Source: an uncultured virus (IMG/VR IMGVR_UViG_3300008624_000002)
Taxonomy: Duplodnaviria > Heunggongvirae > Uroviricota > Caudoviricetes
Direction: 5' to 3' (one strand)
IMG/VR virus record: IMGVR_UViG_3300008624_000002
Length of the DNA: 64,000 bases
Shown here: in pieces, positions 1 to 10,251 of the stretch
Numbering within the stretch: the stretch's first letter is position 1
Layout: each line of letters begins with the position of its first letter
Program-made: the position numbers and the translations under genes
The notes under the pieces: generated by a model
Database searches by the model: none
What the model was told of the DNA's origin: nothing
The model's input: the letters and a program-made list of their open reading frames with translations, nothing else

Positions 1-662
1 ATACCTGGATCGTATACACCTTCTTGTATCAAGTCTTCTATCATGTATTCAGGTAGATTACCTTCCATGATTCCCATACCTTTACGAACATCTTTATACA
101 ACTTGTCTGCAAGTTTTTTATTCGCCACACCAGCCTTAAATGCATCGTAGTCTCCCTTTTCAGCAGCAGCACGCATTTTACTTGCACTCATACCTGATAC
201 ATCATCTGCATCTGGATCCCTCTCACCTGCACTGACTATCTCTATCTTATCAAAGTCATAGTGACCATGGCGTCCTCTCGCTTTATTGTATTTCTTAATC
301 AATGTATCAAATTCTCTGACTCTATCTGAACCTACTACCATGTAGATTTCTTTATACCCTTGATTGTATAATGCACTACAGATATCAAATATTGTTCTGG
401 CCGCAACATCAGGTACTCCCACCTTCTTTGCAAAGAACTTTCTGAGATACCAAACACACTGTTTATGCGTTAAAGGATTCTTCTTCTTATCAACTGAATG
501 TGATGTGAACAACATAGGGTCACCTTTGACCTGTTTTGCGATTCTACTAAGTCTATCTACTAGTTTTGCGTGTCCTGTTGTTGGTGGATTGAAACGGCCA
601 AATGAAAACACTGCTGGTTTATTCTTAGCTTCTGATATAAATCTTGTTAGTGTTTTTGCCAT
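1..662 (-). CDS. Cytidylyltransferase-like (HxGH nucleotidyltransferase) protein of T4-like phages, truncated by window edge
   Basis: Not in ORF track; manual translation MAKTLTRFISEAKNKPAVFSFGRFNPPTTGHAKL...VVGSDRV...GMSASKMR; ATG overlaps upstream stop (TAATG). Confidence 0.8.
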   Translation of the reverse strand, partial: MAKTLTRFISEAKNKPAVFSFGRFNPPTTGHAKLVDRLSRIAKQVKGDPMLFTSHSVDKKKNPLTHKQCVWYLRKFFAKKVGVPDVAARTIFDICSALYNQGYKEIYMVVGSDRVREFDTLIKKYNKARGRHGHYDFDKIEIVSAGERDPDADDVSGMSASKMRAAAEKGDYDAFKAGVANKKLADKLYKDVRKGMGIMEGNLPEYMIEDLIQEGVYDPG

Positions 663-1867
663 TACTTATCCCAATTTTTTGCTACGGTGAAATTATTCAA
701 TGAAAACTCCAGTCTATCAACTAGTTTGACTGCCTTGCCATCATCATCTACTGCGACATATCCTTCTGGATTCACAACATCAAACCCTTTAGAGGTCTTC
801 TTGAATGTTCCTATACCCTTTGCAGTATTTAGTCCTTTGATAATTATACCCTTTGCATTAACTAAATTGGTTTGAAATGTTGTTAATGCGGTTATTAGAA
901 GTTTTAGGCCGACTAGTTCTCTTCTTAATTGTTCGCCCATTTGTTGTTTCATTTGTTTTGTCTTTTCCATTTTAACTTTTGCAACGACTTTATCTTTCCA
1001 ATACGAATCAAAATGTTTTATATAATCGTTGTAAGTTAGTTTGAATTTACCCTTTCTAATTTCTGTGTTCATGTATGTCTTATAGGTTGCACCTGCACCC
1101 TTCTGTTGTATAGTCTGTTGAACTTTCTTAAACTTTAACAATGCAGGTTTCTTAATCTTATGAAATGATTTACCTGTTTCTTGTAGTGCCTTAGTTAATA
1201 CGACTGTATCTTTTGCCGTCAACTTTGACTTACCTGCAACACTTTTGTATGTTGCATCATCAATCCATACATCTTTATTGTGTCCCAATGTAGATATATC
1301 TGCACCAAATGATGCACCAAGGTCTTCTATAGTTGAACCCTCATAGGTGGTGTGAAAGACTATACCATATTTTGCAGTAGCGATAGCCTCACCCAAGTCT
1401 GATTCAATATCAGCGGCATATAATATTGTGTTTGGTTGAAATGTGACATAATTTACACCATCAATCTCTGTCATTTTCTTATCTGACTCAGTGAACATCA
1501 AGTCACCTTGTAAGATTTTATTCCATGATAGTCTAGATAGATAGTTAAATGACTCTATGAACTTCTTCTCTAAGTCACCAGATAGTTCAGATGCTTCTTT
1601 GATTTGTTGAATTGAGGTGTAGTGTAATTGTTCTTTAGTGAATAGTGATTTCTTTGCGACAAAGAATTGTCCTGTTTCGGGGTGTTTTCCTGCCCAAATT
1701 GCTGGGGCACCATCCCATTTGACAGTCATGTTGACACCTTTCTTTGAGGTACCTTTCATCATGTCTCTTAAAGACCTGAGAAAATTTATAGATGCTCGAC
1801 CACCATCAATACCGTTATTGATGATTTCGTCTTCTAAATGTTCTAAATGTAGATTCTTAACTGCCAT
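662..1867 (-). CDS. Conserved T4-like phage protein (DUF6267-like; KWDG and EGYV ligase-fold-like motifs)
   Basis: KNLHLEHLED N-terminus, TVKWDGAPA, PEGYV..KLVDRLEFS; late promoter upstream. Confidence 0.65.
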   Translation of the reverse strand: MAVKNLHLEHLEDEIINNGIDGGRASINFLRSLRDMMKGTSKKGVNMTVKWDGAPAIWAGKHPETGQFFVAKKSLFTKEQLHYTSIQQIKEASELSGDLEKKFIESFNYLSRLSWNKILQGDLMFTESDKKMTEIDGVNYVTFQPNTILYAADIESDLGEAIATAKYGIVFHTTYEGSTIEDLGASFGADISTLGHNKDVWIDDATYKSVAGKSKLTAKDTVVLTKALQETGKSFHKIKKPALLKFKKVQQTIQQKGAGATYKTYMNTEIRKGKFKLTYNDYIKHFDSYWKDKVVAKVKMEKTKQMKQQMGEQLRRELVGLKLLITALTTFQTNLVNAKGIIIKGLNTAKGIGTFKKTSKGFDVVNPEGYVAVDDDGKAVKLVDRLEFSLNNFTVAKNWDK

Positions 1868-1927
1868 AAAGTAGTATCACTTTTATCTTAATGTTCGTGT
1901 AATACTACTATTTATGTGTTTTAGATT

Positions 1928-2356
1928 CTAAGAAAAGTCGACATTGGCAGAATCTTCGCCATTGTCTATGATTTTCTGTATGTGTGCGATATCGTCTTGT
2001 ATATCACTAGCAGAAGATTCAAACTTTGCCTTCTCGCCTGCCCAAAATGCATCGTCTTTTGTATTAGTGAAGTAGTTCCATTCAACATACATATCACCAC
2101 TTGTTGCAGATGAATTTGCGGTTCTCCATGCTGCTAATGCACTCTTAATACCACCTGTTCCTGTATAACTATACTCTGTAGAATCTGAATCATGGCGGTC
2201 AGCGAATTGAACATAGATATGGTCGCCTTTGTCAGCAGCGGACCTTTTAAATACTACTGTTCCATTGCCTCTAGCAGGGTCTAATAAATCAGCTTGTTTC
2301 TGTTTCTCTGCCAGAAGAGCAGTTAATCTTGTTTTTTCGTCAGCGTAATGTCCCAT
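1928..2356 (-). CDS. Hypothetical protein (late-promoter driven)
   Basis: 142-aa ORF with GGAG RBS and CTAAATA upstream. Confidence 0.6.
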   Translation of the reverse strand: MGHYADEKTRLTALLAEKQKQADLLDPARGNGTVVFKRSAADKGDHIYVQFADRHDSDSTEYSYTGTGGIKSALAAWRTANSSATSGDMYVEWNYFTNTKDDAFWAGEKAKFESSASDIQDDIAHIQKIIDNGEDSANVDFS

Positions 2357-2397
2357 AAAAAGAAATCTCCTTTGTTTCTATGGACTATTTAGTTTTT

Positions 2398-2580
2398 CTA
2401 GTTTTTTGCAAGCGGTCTGGAGTGTAATTTAGACTCTATTTGTTGAATTTTTTCAGCAATTATATCAGCTTTTCTGTTCTCGCCTTTCTGTTTGAATTCT
2501 CTCATGGCTTTTTTAAGTTGAACTTTATAGGTTATAAGTTCGATAACTTCATCAGATTTTATGTTCTTTGATGGCGTCAT
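2398..2580 (-). CDS. Small hypothetical protein
   Basis: 60-aa ORF, ATGA-coupled to upstream gene. Confidence 0.5.
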   Translation of the reverse strand: MTPSKNIKSDEVIELITYKVQLKKAMREFKQKGENRKADIIAEKIQQIESKLHSRPLAKN

Positions 2581-2891
2581 GCTATATCTTCAAACTTTTT
2601 TGCAACAAGTATGCAATTCATATATGCTTCTGGATCATCAACATTTTTCCAGATTTCACATAAGTTTTCATCTTCAATAATTGGGTCGTCAATTATGATT
2701 GGTTCGGGTTCTTCCGGACACAAGTATGTTCCATCTCTATCGTTATAACATAGACCCTCAATGAGTTCAACATGTGAACAACCCATAGGGATTAAAAGCA
2801 TCATGAATAATAATGTATATCCTATCCAAAGTAAAGGAGTATCACTAGGTTTCATGTTATATAATCTCTCATCTAAACTCAATTTTTTCAT
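2577..2891 (-). CDS. Hypothetical membrane protein/lipoprotein
   Basis: Hydrophobic stretch ending PMGC, several Cys. Confidence 0.5.
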   Translation of the reverse strand: MKKLSLDERLYNMKPSDTPLLWIGYTLLFMMLLIPMGCSHVELIEGLCYNDRDGTYLCPEEPEPIIIDDPIIEDENLCEIWKNVDDPEAYMNCILVAKKFEDIA

Positions 2892-2908
2892 ATTACTATT
2901 TATTATAA

Positions 2909-2939
2909 CAAAAAACCACCTATTTGTATAGGTGGTTTT
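2909..2939 (-). terminator. Intrinsic terminator hairpin
   Basis: AAAACCACCTAT-ttgt-ATAGGTGGTTTT inverted repeat, T-tract on minus strand, after the HAD phosphatase gene. Confidence 0.75.
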
Positions 2940-2963
2940 CTCTTTTTTTAGCCCACCCCTAGA

Positions 2964-3407
2964 CTAGAAATCTCCCTCTGCAACTTGAACTACAGTGGTG
3001 CCTCTTGCCCTCCACATATCAACGACTTTGTTTCTATCGTCAAATACAAGGTCAATTTTACCACCAAATTCTTCAAACTTGTCAGCAAGTTCTGCTTTAA
3101 ATACTTCATCAGGATCATATGAATCATTGGGCCTAAGGAAAAGTCCTTTGTGACCATCACCAATCCACTCTGAAATTTGTTGTTCAGTAACCTCTCTTTC
3201 TGATTCATTTCTTGCAGAAAAGAAAGCAACATCATCACCTTGTGCAATGTATCTTTTTGCGATATCACAAACCCACTGAACAGGCGTATCATTTACTGTC
3301 TGTTCTTTAAAAGATTTCCAATCGTTATTGTTCTCCACAAAATGTCTCCTGTGGTCGCAATCTGCGATTGTTCCATCTACATCAAAAATTACTGTTAATC
3401 TATTCAT
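2964..3407 (-). CDS. HAD-family 3'-phosphatase (PseT phosphatase-domain-like, no kinase domain)
   Basis: FDVDGT, SAR, LFLRP..D.VFK, FDDR..VVDMWR motifs. Confidence 0.8.
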   Translation of the reverse strand: MNRLTVIFDVDGTIADCDHRRHFVENNNDWKSFKEQTVNDTPVQWVCDIAKRYIAQGDDVAFFSARNESEREVTEQQISEWIGDGHKGLFLRPNDSYDPDEVFKAELADKFEEFGGKIDLVFDDRNKVVDMWRARGTTVVQVAEGDF

Positions 3408-3487
3408 TTATAATAAACTCCAAAACATAATTGCAAGATATAATATAAATGCAATTATTATATAAAATGTCCATTTGAAGAGTTTTT

Positions 3488-3964
3488 TCATATCAATGTT
3501 ATTTCAACTAACTCTTCTTCAATTGGACCAGCGGTTAATGCTGTTTCAAATTCTTGTTCAGACTCATGTTTTGCCTTTAATTCGGCAGTCTCTTTGATGC
3601 CCTTTTTAAGGTCATCAATTGTTAAAACTTTGGGTTTGTCCCACTCTTCAGCACCATCAATGTAATAGTTCATCAAGTTTTCGGTGACTATTTCAGAACC
3701 GGTTATATAAGAGAAGGCGAACTCCAAACCATTGTATGCGTTAAGATATTGCATTACAAGCGCATCTATTGTCGCCTGAGACACATTTGGCGCATCATAG
3801 TAAGCGTGTTCACCAGGGCCGTAAGCGTCTTCTTCGTAGACTAACTTCTCAGTTGTGAAAGGAACAAAGATGGTATCACCACCTTTATATTTGTAATGGG
3901 GAGATGTTTCGTCTCCATAATTCTCAAGATATTGTGTAGTGATTTTAGCTGCCTGATGTGCCAT
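3488..3964 (-). CDS. Hypothetical early protein
   Basis: 158-aa ORF, AGGAG RBS, early promoter directly upstream. Confidence 0.6.
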   Translation of the reverse strand: MAHQAAKITTQYLENYGDETSPHYKYKGGDTIFVPFTTEKLVYEEDAYGPGEHAYYDAPNVSQATIDALVMQYLNAYNGLEFAFSYITGSEIVTENLMNYYIDGAEEWDKPKVLTIDDLKKGIKETAELKAKHESEQEFETALTAGPIEEELVEITLI

Positions 3965-4000
3965 TTGGGGTCTCCTTATTAAGATGTTTTTTCATTATGT

Positions 4001-4034
4001 GTCCATTTTACACAAAAATGTGACCTATTGTCAA
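4001..4034 (-). promoter_or_regulatory. Early sigma70-type promoter, class I
   Basis: TTGACA-N18-TAAAAT-GGAC; same family as 31900, 36709, 37539. Confidence 0.75.
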
Positions 4035-4492
4035 GCCCTACGAATAAGAATTTTTGTACTTCCACCATCTGAATAGAAGTTCTCTATCTCTTTAATAACC
4101 TTAAAATCACGAGTGAGTAGTATGTGTTCGGCAGCCGTATTATCTGAATGAATACATGTTTTAATCAAAGGATATGATTCACATATATGAGTGGTTAAGA
4201 TACCTGATATACCATTCATTCGATAATCTGGATGAACACAATTATCTAAAATGTTATATGATATCTGATTATAATACTCTTCTGGTATCATATGGTCATC
4301 TAAGTTGTGTATTAGGCCGATATTATGAGCAACAACTTCGCCCTCTAATTCTACGACCCAAGAATCTGTTAGAAATGTACTTAAAAACTTCCATGAATCT
4401 ATAGACCAAAGACCTGCTTCATGATAGTGATTAGCATGTTGATTATTGAAACATGCCTCTGCATCTTCTGGTTTAATCTTTCTTATTTTCAT
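4031..4492 (-). CDS. GNAT-family acetyltransferase (RimI-like)
   Basis: CVHPDYRMNGI acetyl-CoA motif A, N..A, FYSDG C-terminus. Confidence 0.7.
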   Translation of the reverse strand: MKIRKIKPEDAEACFNNQHANHYHEAGLWSIDSWKFLSTFLTDSWVVELEGEVVAHNIGLIHNLDDHMIPEEYYNQISYNILDNCVHPDYRMNGISGILTTHICESYPLIKTCIHSDNTAAEHILLTRDFKVIKEIENFYSDGGSTKILIRRA

Positions 4493-4700
4493 CTCTAGTA
4501 AAGAACATTCTAATTAAATACACTCTTATTACAGCAATAAGAGTAAAACAAAGTGTCAACCAGACACTCACCATAAAGGTTGATAGTGCTAATATATCTA
4601 TAAACACATACAAAAGAACGACACTTATCGGCCAATTGATAACCAAACCTGTGCCTACTGTGACAACAGATTCTTTTAATGCTTGTCTCTTTCTATTCAT
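4473..4700 (-). CDS. Small two-TM membrane protein
   Basis: Likely start MNRKRQALKES at 4700, ATGA-coupled to upstream ORF; two hydrophobic segments. Confidence 0.55.
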   Translation of the reverse strand: MNRKRQALKESVVTVGTGLVINWPISVVLLYVFIDILALSTFMVSVWLTLCFTLIAVIRVYLIRMFFTRDENKKD

Positions 4701-4876
4701 GATGTATGCCATAGTAAAGTAGATATAGAATATATGACTCCACAACCCAATAAAGGCCATCGCCAAGTTTTATTACGCCACATAATTAATCCTAATAATA
4801 TAACTGTAGTACCAATAACGATGTCTGCATATAAGACATTGGTATAATCTGTGGTCCAAACTAATTGTTCTTTCAT
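4697..4876 (-). CDS. Small membrane protein (59 aa)
   Basis: Manual translation MKEQLVWTTDYTNVLYADIVIGTTVILLGLIMWRNKTWRWPLLGCG...; below ORF-track cutoff. Confidence 0.5.
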   Translation of the reverse strand: MKEQLVWTTDYTNVLYADIVIGTTVILLGLIMWRNKTWRWPLLGCGVIYSISTLLWHTS

Positions 4877-4881
4877 TGTGG

Positions 4882-4957
4882 TGGTGGAGCTGATAGGAAT
4901 CGAACCTACGACCTACTGGATGCAAACCAGTCGCTCTCCCTACTGAGCTACAGCCCC
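4882..4957 (-). tRNA. tRNA-Ala (anticodon TGC), CCA encoded
   Basis: GGGGCTG TA GCTC AGTAGGGA GAGC G ACTGG TTTGCAT CCAGT AGGTC GTAGG TTCGATT CCTAT CAGCTCC A CCA; 76 nt; G3:U70 Ala identity pair. Confidence 0.95.
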
Positions 4958-5194
4958 ATTCTCCTCTTCAAGTATTCTATCTAATTCTTCTAAGTCATAT
5001 TCACCTAGAAGTTCTACTGTAAACATATCTCCCTCTGTCTCATGTTGTACTACATATAGTAGTTCATGACCAAGAGATTCTAATTTAGCTACCATTATAG
5101 TAAATTCTCTATATTGGTCTCTATCGATTCTAATCTTCTTATCTTCGATTAAGACCCCTCTTTTTTTAACTGGAACCATGTCTAGTATATTCAT
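4940..5194 (-). CDS. Hypothetical protein; 3' end overlaps tRNA-Ala
   Basis: 84-aa ORF, ATGA-coupled to upstream oxygenase. Confidence 0.55.
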   Translation of the reverse strand: MNILDMVPVKKRGVLIEDKKIRIDRDQYREFTIMVAKLESLGHELLYVVQHETEGDMFTVELLGEYDLEELDRILEEENGAVAQ

Positions 5195-5865
5195 ATTGTT
5201 CTTACCGCTCTCATTCTTTCTATAGGCATGGGTTCGCCTGAAATTCTATGAAAGAACATAACTAATGTTAATCTTTCTTCTTCTTCAACTTCGAAATTGT
5301 TAGCACCATGATAACAATTCGGCATTAACAATAGTCTATTAAATTTGCCCTTAACATTTACATGTTCTTCAAATGAATCGTTAAACTCCATTTGAACTAG
5401 TGTGTCCCTCTCAGTCATATAACCTTGAAGATTACATTTCGTTTTTGTTTCAATATGAGCTGGGTCAAGTAGTGTACCTTCCTTACTAGTATAGATTGAA
5501 GTGCCATCACTATCATTTAGATAAAGTATGCCTGTTGCATAACCATTATCACTATGAATCCACCCACGATGCATCTTGGCAGGAATCCTTTGAAATGCCA
5601 TAGTGCAATCAACTAACCCTACAGCAGATGACCCATATGAAGAATACTCTCTATCACTTTGACCCAAATCAGGTAAAGCTTGAAATAAACTCATCGTTTT
5701 TGTGACAAGATTATCATAAAATATTTCATGTACTTCATGAAGTGGTCGACTTCTAGTACCAGGCCACATTCCATTTGGGTCAGGTGTAAATTCTAATCTA
5801 TTGGCCAACTCTACAAGTTGGTGTGGTTCATTTAAAAAGTCGTCAACTATTGTTATTGGTATCAT
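5191..5865 (-). CDS. 2OG-Fe(II) oxygenase-like protein
   Basis: WIHSD...GILYLN...YHG...RLT (HxD..H..R). Confidence 0.75.
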   Translation of the reverse strand: MIPITIVDDFLNEPHQLVELANRLEFTPDPNGMWPGTRSRPLHEVHEIFYDNLVTKTMSLFQALPDLGQSDREYSSYGSSAVGLVDCTMAFQRIPAKMHRGWIHSDNGYATGILYLNDSDGTSIYTSKEGTLLDPAHIETKTKCNLQGYMTERDTLVQMEFNDSFEEHVNVKGKFNRLLLMPNCYHGANNFEVEEEERLTLVMFFHRISGEPMPIERMRAVRTI

Positions 5866-7142
5866 CGACCTACATCTCCTAAATATTTTTCTTTACATTC
5901 TTCCCACGACATACTAATTATATCATCGTAGAATAATGTCTCAGTTAAATTTTGTCTATCTGATTTCATAAGATTAGTAATTCTCTTAGCGGCATATTTC
6001 TCTTTCCATAACTGAGTTAATGATTCTACTGAACCATCGTTAGAGTTTCTAACTAACTGGTCTTCTTCTATCTCACCTCTAAGAAACTCTCTAGAGTTTT
6101 CATAGAATGTAGAATAATAAATGCCTCTTTGATGGTCACTCTTCTGTAATTCTTTTGGTATCTTTAACTGTGAATACATGAACTGTCTCATACGATTTCT
6201 ATGGTCTCTCTTCAATGTCTGGCCACTCTCTCGTTTTGCAACATACAATAAAAAATATCTCTCGTTAAAATGATGTTCTGCGTAGTCAAGCATAGCTCTT
6301 TCAGTGTCTTTGGTCATTTCAAATGATAATGAACCTTTACTATAACCCATTTTCTTCCAATGTTTAAGTCTATCGTATTGTGATAAACCACCTGTCTTAG
6401 TTTTACCATACAATGATGTAGTAGTCATACCAACTAACTTATCACCATAGTTTTCTTCCCACTGTTTCTGTATCACATCGGCAGTGCATAACAATGCCAT
6501 GAGTTTACCACCTGTGTAATTAAAACCAAGTGGTTGTGTTGGGAGAATACTCGAACCTATAGCACTGTTATTCAGTTTACCAGAATTCGTTTTGTATATT
6601 CTCTCCCAACCAATGTATTCATCTCTAGGTGTTAAGTCAATGAAGTCGCCTGTGATACAAATGACACCAAGATACTTACCTGTGACTTTATCTCTAACTA
6701 TATAATGCAGATTTCTACCAATGTTAGATGAATTCTTCTGGCTGTGTGTCATTGTTCTTAAACAATTCCACCTCTCAGTAAGAGAACCAGCGGCTTGTCT
6801 ATCTTTCTCAGAATCAGTGTATATCAATTCTGGTTCTAGATTAACGAAGTCTGCATATGTATTTGGAAACCATATGTTATTCTTAGTCTCATTGATTAGT
6901 TTTAAATGGTCTTCGTTTACAAAGTTTACTTCTTCACCATACAATGTTGAGACTGTTTGTGTTGGATATTTTAAATGTATTTCCTGATACTTCTGGTATA
7001 AGGTGTATTCTGCCACACCCATTTTAGAAACAAATGATAAATCTTTGATTATCATCTCTCTGAGTTCTTCTCTAGAGATGATATCTTTCTCAGGTCTATT
7101 GGCCTGATACTCATCAAATTGTTTCTGAACAAATGGTTCCAT
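5862..7142 (-). CDS. DUF4338 / DruA-like protein (paralog 1)
   Basis: IGRNLHYIVRD..TGKYLG, PLGFNYTGGKLMALL, TTTSLYG..SQYDRL; paralog of 16491..17615. Confidence 0.65.
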   Translation of the reverse strand: MEPFVQKQFDEYQANRPEKDIISREELREMIIKDLSFVSKMGVAEYTLYQKYQEIHLKYPTQTVSTLYGEEVNFVNEDHLKLINETKNNIWFPNTYADFVNLEPELIYTDSEKDRQAAGSLTERWNCLRTMTHSQKNSSNIGRNLHYIVRDKVTGKYLGVICITGDFIDLTPRDEYIGWERIYKTNSGKLNNSAIGSSILPTQPLGFNYTGGKLMALLCTADVIQKQWEENYGDKLVGMTTTSLYGKTKTGGLSQYDRLKHWKKMGYSKGSLSFEMTKDTERAMLDYAEHHFNERYFLLYVAKRESGQTLKRDHRNRMRQFMYSQLKIPKELQKSDHQRGIYYSTFYENSREFLRGEIEEDQLVRNSNDGSVESLTQLWKEKYAAKRITNLMKSDRQNLTETLFYDDIISMSWEECKEKYLGDVGR

Positions 7143-7474
7143 TAGTGATTTCTTCCTCCCTCAAATACACATATAAAATATAAACCAAAAAAACCTGTAT
7201 TAAAAACTCTATGAAATTCTTTCTTATGAATACAAACTATATCTCCTGCCTCTACAGGAAATCTTTCATCATCAATCTGCATTTCACCCATACCTTTATG
7301 AAAGTAATAAACTTCTTCTTGGTCGTCATGTGAATGTCCAGTTGTTGACTGATTCGCCCTTAACATTGTACTACTAAGAGTTAGGTGTTCGCCAAAAGGA
7401 TTATCTTTTAATAGATATCGAGAAGTATCTTTAATAATTTCTCCACCTATATCTTCTACTCTGACTTTTTCCAT
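7142..7474 (-). CDS. Cupin-domain protein
   Basis: GHSHDDQEEVYYF..G.G and GDIVCI...FHRVFN cupin motifs. Confidence 0.85.
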   Translation of the reverse strand: MEKVRVEDIGGEIIKDTSRYLLKDNPFGEHLTLSSTMLRANQSTTGHSHDDQEEVYYFHKGMGEMQIDDERFPVEAGDIVCIHKKEFHRVFNTGFFGLYFICVFEGGRNH

Positions 7475-7608
7475 TATCTTAACCTCTCTTCTAGAATCTT
7501 AATATCTTTCAACTCTCTCTTGTTCGGTTCTTTAATTTTTTTTAGTCTGTCTAAAGCTCTTTGTCTTCTGACCCTAATGTTTTTATTTCTCCACGCTCTT
7601 ACGCCCAT
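7474..7608 (-). CDS. Small basic hypothetical protein
   Basis: Likely start MGVRAWRNK immediately after the gp41 stop. Confidence 0.45.
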   Translation of the reverse strand: MGVRAWRNKNIRVRRQRALDRLKKIKEPNKRELKDIKILEERLR

Positions 7609-7609
7609 A

Positions 7610-8998
7610 CTACACCTTGAAATCGTTAAACTTATCTGATGGTCTTGTTCTATCAGCAACAGGAATACTATCATCAATTAATAGTTCGCCATCGACTAAT
7701 TCTTCCTGTGCCTCTTGTTCTACATCATACAGTTTCATTCTTGACCTATCGACACCTATAACAAATCGTTTAAATATCGTGGGGTCATTGTATCTGTTCT
7801 TCAATTGTTTTACGACAAATTGGTCTAATTCTTCAAGTTCCTCTGATGTAATCAATGCGAACATTAAGTCAGCAGTTGCTGGTAAACCAAATGATTCTGA
7901 TGTATCTTCTAAACCAATATCAGTGGAACCGAAACCACTTCTTGTAGTTTGTGTTGCACTCACAATTGGTACATCATATTCTACTGCAATGCCTCTAAGT
8001 TCTTCTGCTATACTCTTCACCAATGTATATGAGTTTGCACCAGCGCCTGGTCTAATTCTCTGAGATGCACAAATGTTTAAGTAGTCTACAAAAATAACAT
8101 CTGGTTGAAAATCTTTTTTGATGTTTAATTCTTGTAATAGATGTCTGAAATGTCCTGCATGAGCGGCTGCTGTTGGGTATTCTTTACATATAAGTTTACC
8201 CTTTGTCTTGTTCTTAAGTCTACCAATCTTCTTACCATATTCTTTCTTAGATAAGTCTGGTAAATCTTTCATAGGAACATTCATGATGTTTGCATCTATT
8301 CTCTCTGCAATTCTTTCTTCACTCATTTCCATAGTGATATACAATACATTCTTATTCTGCATCAAAGAACTTGACGCCATATGACACATGAATAATGATT
8401 TACCAACACCTGTTCCTGCAAGACATATGTTTAATGTCTTATTTGGCAGACCACCTTTTGTAATCTTATTAAAGTATTCTAAATCAAAAGGTAATTTCTC
8501 TTCTTCATGCGTATAGAAATCATGTCTTTGTTCTGCATCTTCGAGTTGGTCATGACCAATGTGTTGGTCAAAAGACACGGAAAGGGCATCCTTTAATAAC
8601 TCTGGTATTTCGCCGGTCGACCTTTGAGATTTTTTATCTAAGACTTCAATAGAATCCATAACTGCAATATAGATTGCTCTATCTTTGCACCAAGATTCTG
8701 TTTCATCAATAAGCCATTCTATAGGTGTTTCATCTTTAGGCATCGAGCCCAACAACTCTTTGGATCCTTTGACTACATTCTCTGACTCAGAGGTGATGTT
8801 GTCTAGGTTAATGAGAAGTGCTTCGAGTGTTGGGCTCTTAGTATACTTATCGAAATAATGTGTAATTTCTTTGTATACCAATTGCTCTGATGAATCGGCA
8901 AAATACTCAGGTTTTAGGAAAGGAATTACTTTCCGTGAAAACTCGTCATTCTGTATCAGATTCTTGAGTATCGTCTGTTCTATTCTCGTTGTTTCCAT
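7610..8998 (-). CDS. 41: Replicative DNA helicase (T4 gp41)
   Basis: LAGTGVGKS Walker [28 protein letters not shown]. Confidence 0.95.
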   Translation of the reverse strand: METTRIEQTILKNLIQNDEFSRKVIPFLKPEYFADSSEQLVYKEITHYFDKYTKSPTLEALLINLDNITSESENVVKGSKELLGSMPKDETPIEWLIDETESWCKDRAIYIAVMDSIEVLDKKSQRSTGEIPELLKDALSVSFDQHIGHDQLEDAEQRHDFYTHEEEKLPFDLEYFNKITKGGLPNKTLNICLAGTGVGKSLFMCHMASSSLMQNKNVLYITMEMSEERIAERIDANIMNVPMKDLPDLSKKEYGKKIGRLKNKTKGKLICKEYPTAAAHAGHFRHLLQELNIKKDFQPDVIFVDYLNICASQRIRPGAGANSYTLVKSIAEELRGIAVEYDVPIVSATQTTRSGFGSTDIGLEDTSESFGLPATADLMFALITSEELEELDQFVVKQLKNRYNDPTIFKRFVIGVDRSRMKLYDVEQEAQEELVDGELLIDDSIPVADRTRPSDKFNDFKV

Positions 8999-10001
8999 AT
9001 TTAAAATATTGATTTGCTACCTTTTCAAGTTTTTCCATTACTTCATCTGTGAAGTATTTCTCTGGATTATTATTAATCGTTTTACCAAACTCTGTTTTTC
9101 CATTTGGTAGTTTGACTCTGGTTGAAGATTTTTCAAAAACTCCACTTGCAAGTGCAAGGTCTAGTAGACCATAATATCTATCTAGTCCTTTATCATATGT
9201 CAATCTGACATCGACCATTCTGTTCTCAACAGTAAGTCTTGACTTTGCGTTCTTACAATGAATGATGTTTCCTATAATCTCAGTTCCCTCTTTCTCTTTT
9301 CTTCTAGAAAGATATATGATTGAACTAGCGGCATATTTAAGTCCACTACCACCACCCATTTCTTTCTGTGGGAACATAGAACCAATCACATCATATGTGT
9401 GGTTCGTGACTATCATAGGAACTCCTGCACGACCAAGTTTTAGAGTTAATACTCTAAATGCACCCTTTGTTATTTGGGCACGAGTCATGTCTTTAGTTTC
9501 CTTTCCTTCAGCAGTATCTTCGATTTCTTTTGTAGTTGATAACATACCAAGACTATCTAAACAAAACATCATAGGAGGTCTATCGTCTTCTGGTGTTTCT
9601 AGATATCTATCGAGAATATTGATTGCCTGATTTCTAAATTGTTGAACTGTTATTACAGGCACGATAACAACTCTGTTTGAATCTATTCCTCTATCTTCAA
9701 TCATTTGCTTACTAAGAGCAGATTCAGATTCAAAATAGATAACAGCAGCTTCAGGATTATCTTCTAAGAATTGTTTGCACATTCCTAATGCGAAGTAAGT
9801 TTTACCTGTTGCTGATTCTCCTGCGATTGCAGTAATTTTGTTTTTAGGTAACCCACCGAATAGTGAGCCACTTAATAATGCATTGAAGACATATGACCCA
9901 CTGTCTACGAATGAGTCAACATCTCCAGCTGCAACACCATCTGCAACAATACCTGCGTATTCATTGCCGGATGCTTTAACTAAGTCTTTGATGAATGACA
10001 T
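8946..10001 (-). CDS. uvsX: RecA-like recombinase UvsX
   Basis: [30 protein letters not shown]. Confidence 0.93.
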   Translation of the reverse strand: MSFIKDLVKASGNEYAGIVADGVAAGDVDSFVDSGSYVFNALLSGSLFGGLPKNKITAIAGESATGKTYFALGMCKQFLEDNPEAAVIYFESESALSKQMIEDRGIDSNRVVIVPVITVQQFRNQAINILDRYLETPEDDRPPMMFCLDSLGMLSTTKEIEDTAEGKETKDMTRAQITKGAFRVLTLKLGRAGVPMIVTNHTYDVIGSMFPQKEMGGGSGLKYAASSIIYLSRRKEKEGTEIIGNIIHCKNAKSRLTVENRMVDVRLTYDKGLDRYYGLLDLALASGVFEKSSTRVKLPNGKTEFGKTINNNPEKYFTDEVMEKLEKVANQYFKYGNNENRTDDTQESDTE

Positions 10002-10049
10002 ATTTCACTTCTCCATAATATAAAAGTTTTTTATACTGTTTCCAGTATA

Positions 10050-10250
10050 CTACTTATGGTCAATTTTGTCTAGAGACTTTTCTAAATCTTTTAGGGTATC
10101 TGTATAAAAATCTTCTTCTAGTGAATGACCTGTCCATCGTTCTTTCATCATTTCTAAAATAAGTTTCATCTGTGTTTCAAGATGAACAATGAATCCAAAT
10201 ATTGTGATAATCATTAAGATGTAGAATACATCCATAAGTGTTATCAGCAT
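10050..10250 (-). CDS. Small membrane protein
   Basis: Single TM segment; start probably MLITLMDV. Confidence 0.45.
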   Translation of the reverse strand: MLITLMDVFYILMIITIFGFIVHLETQMKLILEMMKERWTGHSLEEDFYTDTLKDLEKSLDKIDHK

Positions 10251-10251
10251 A

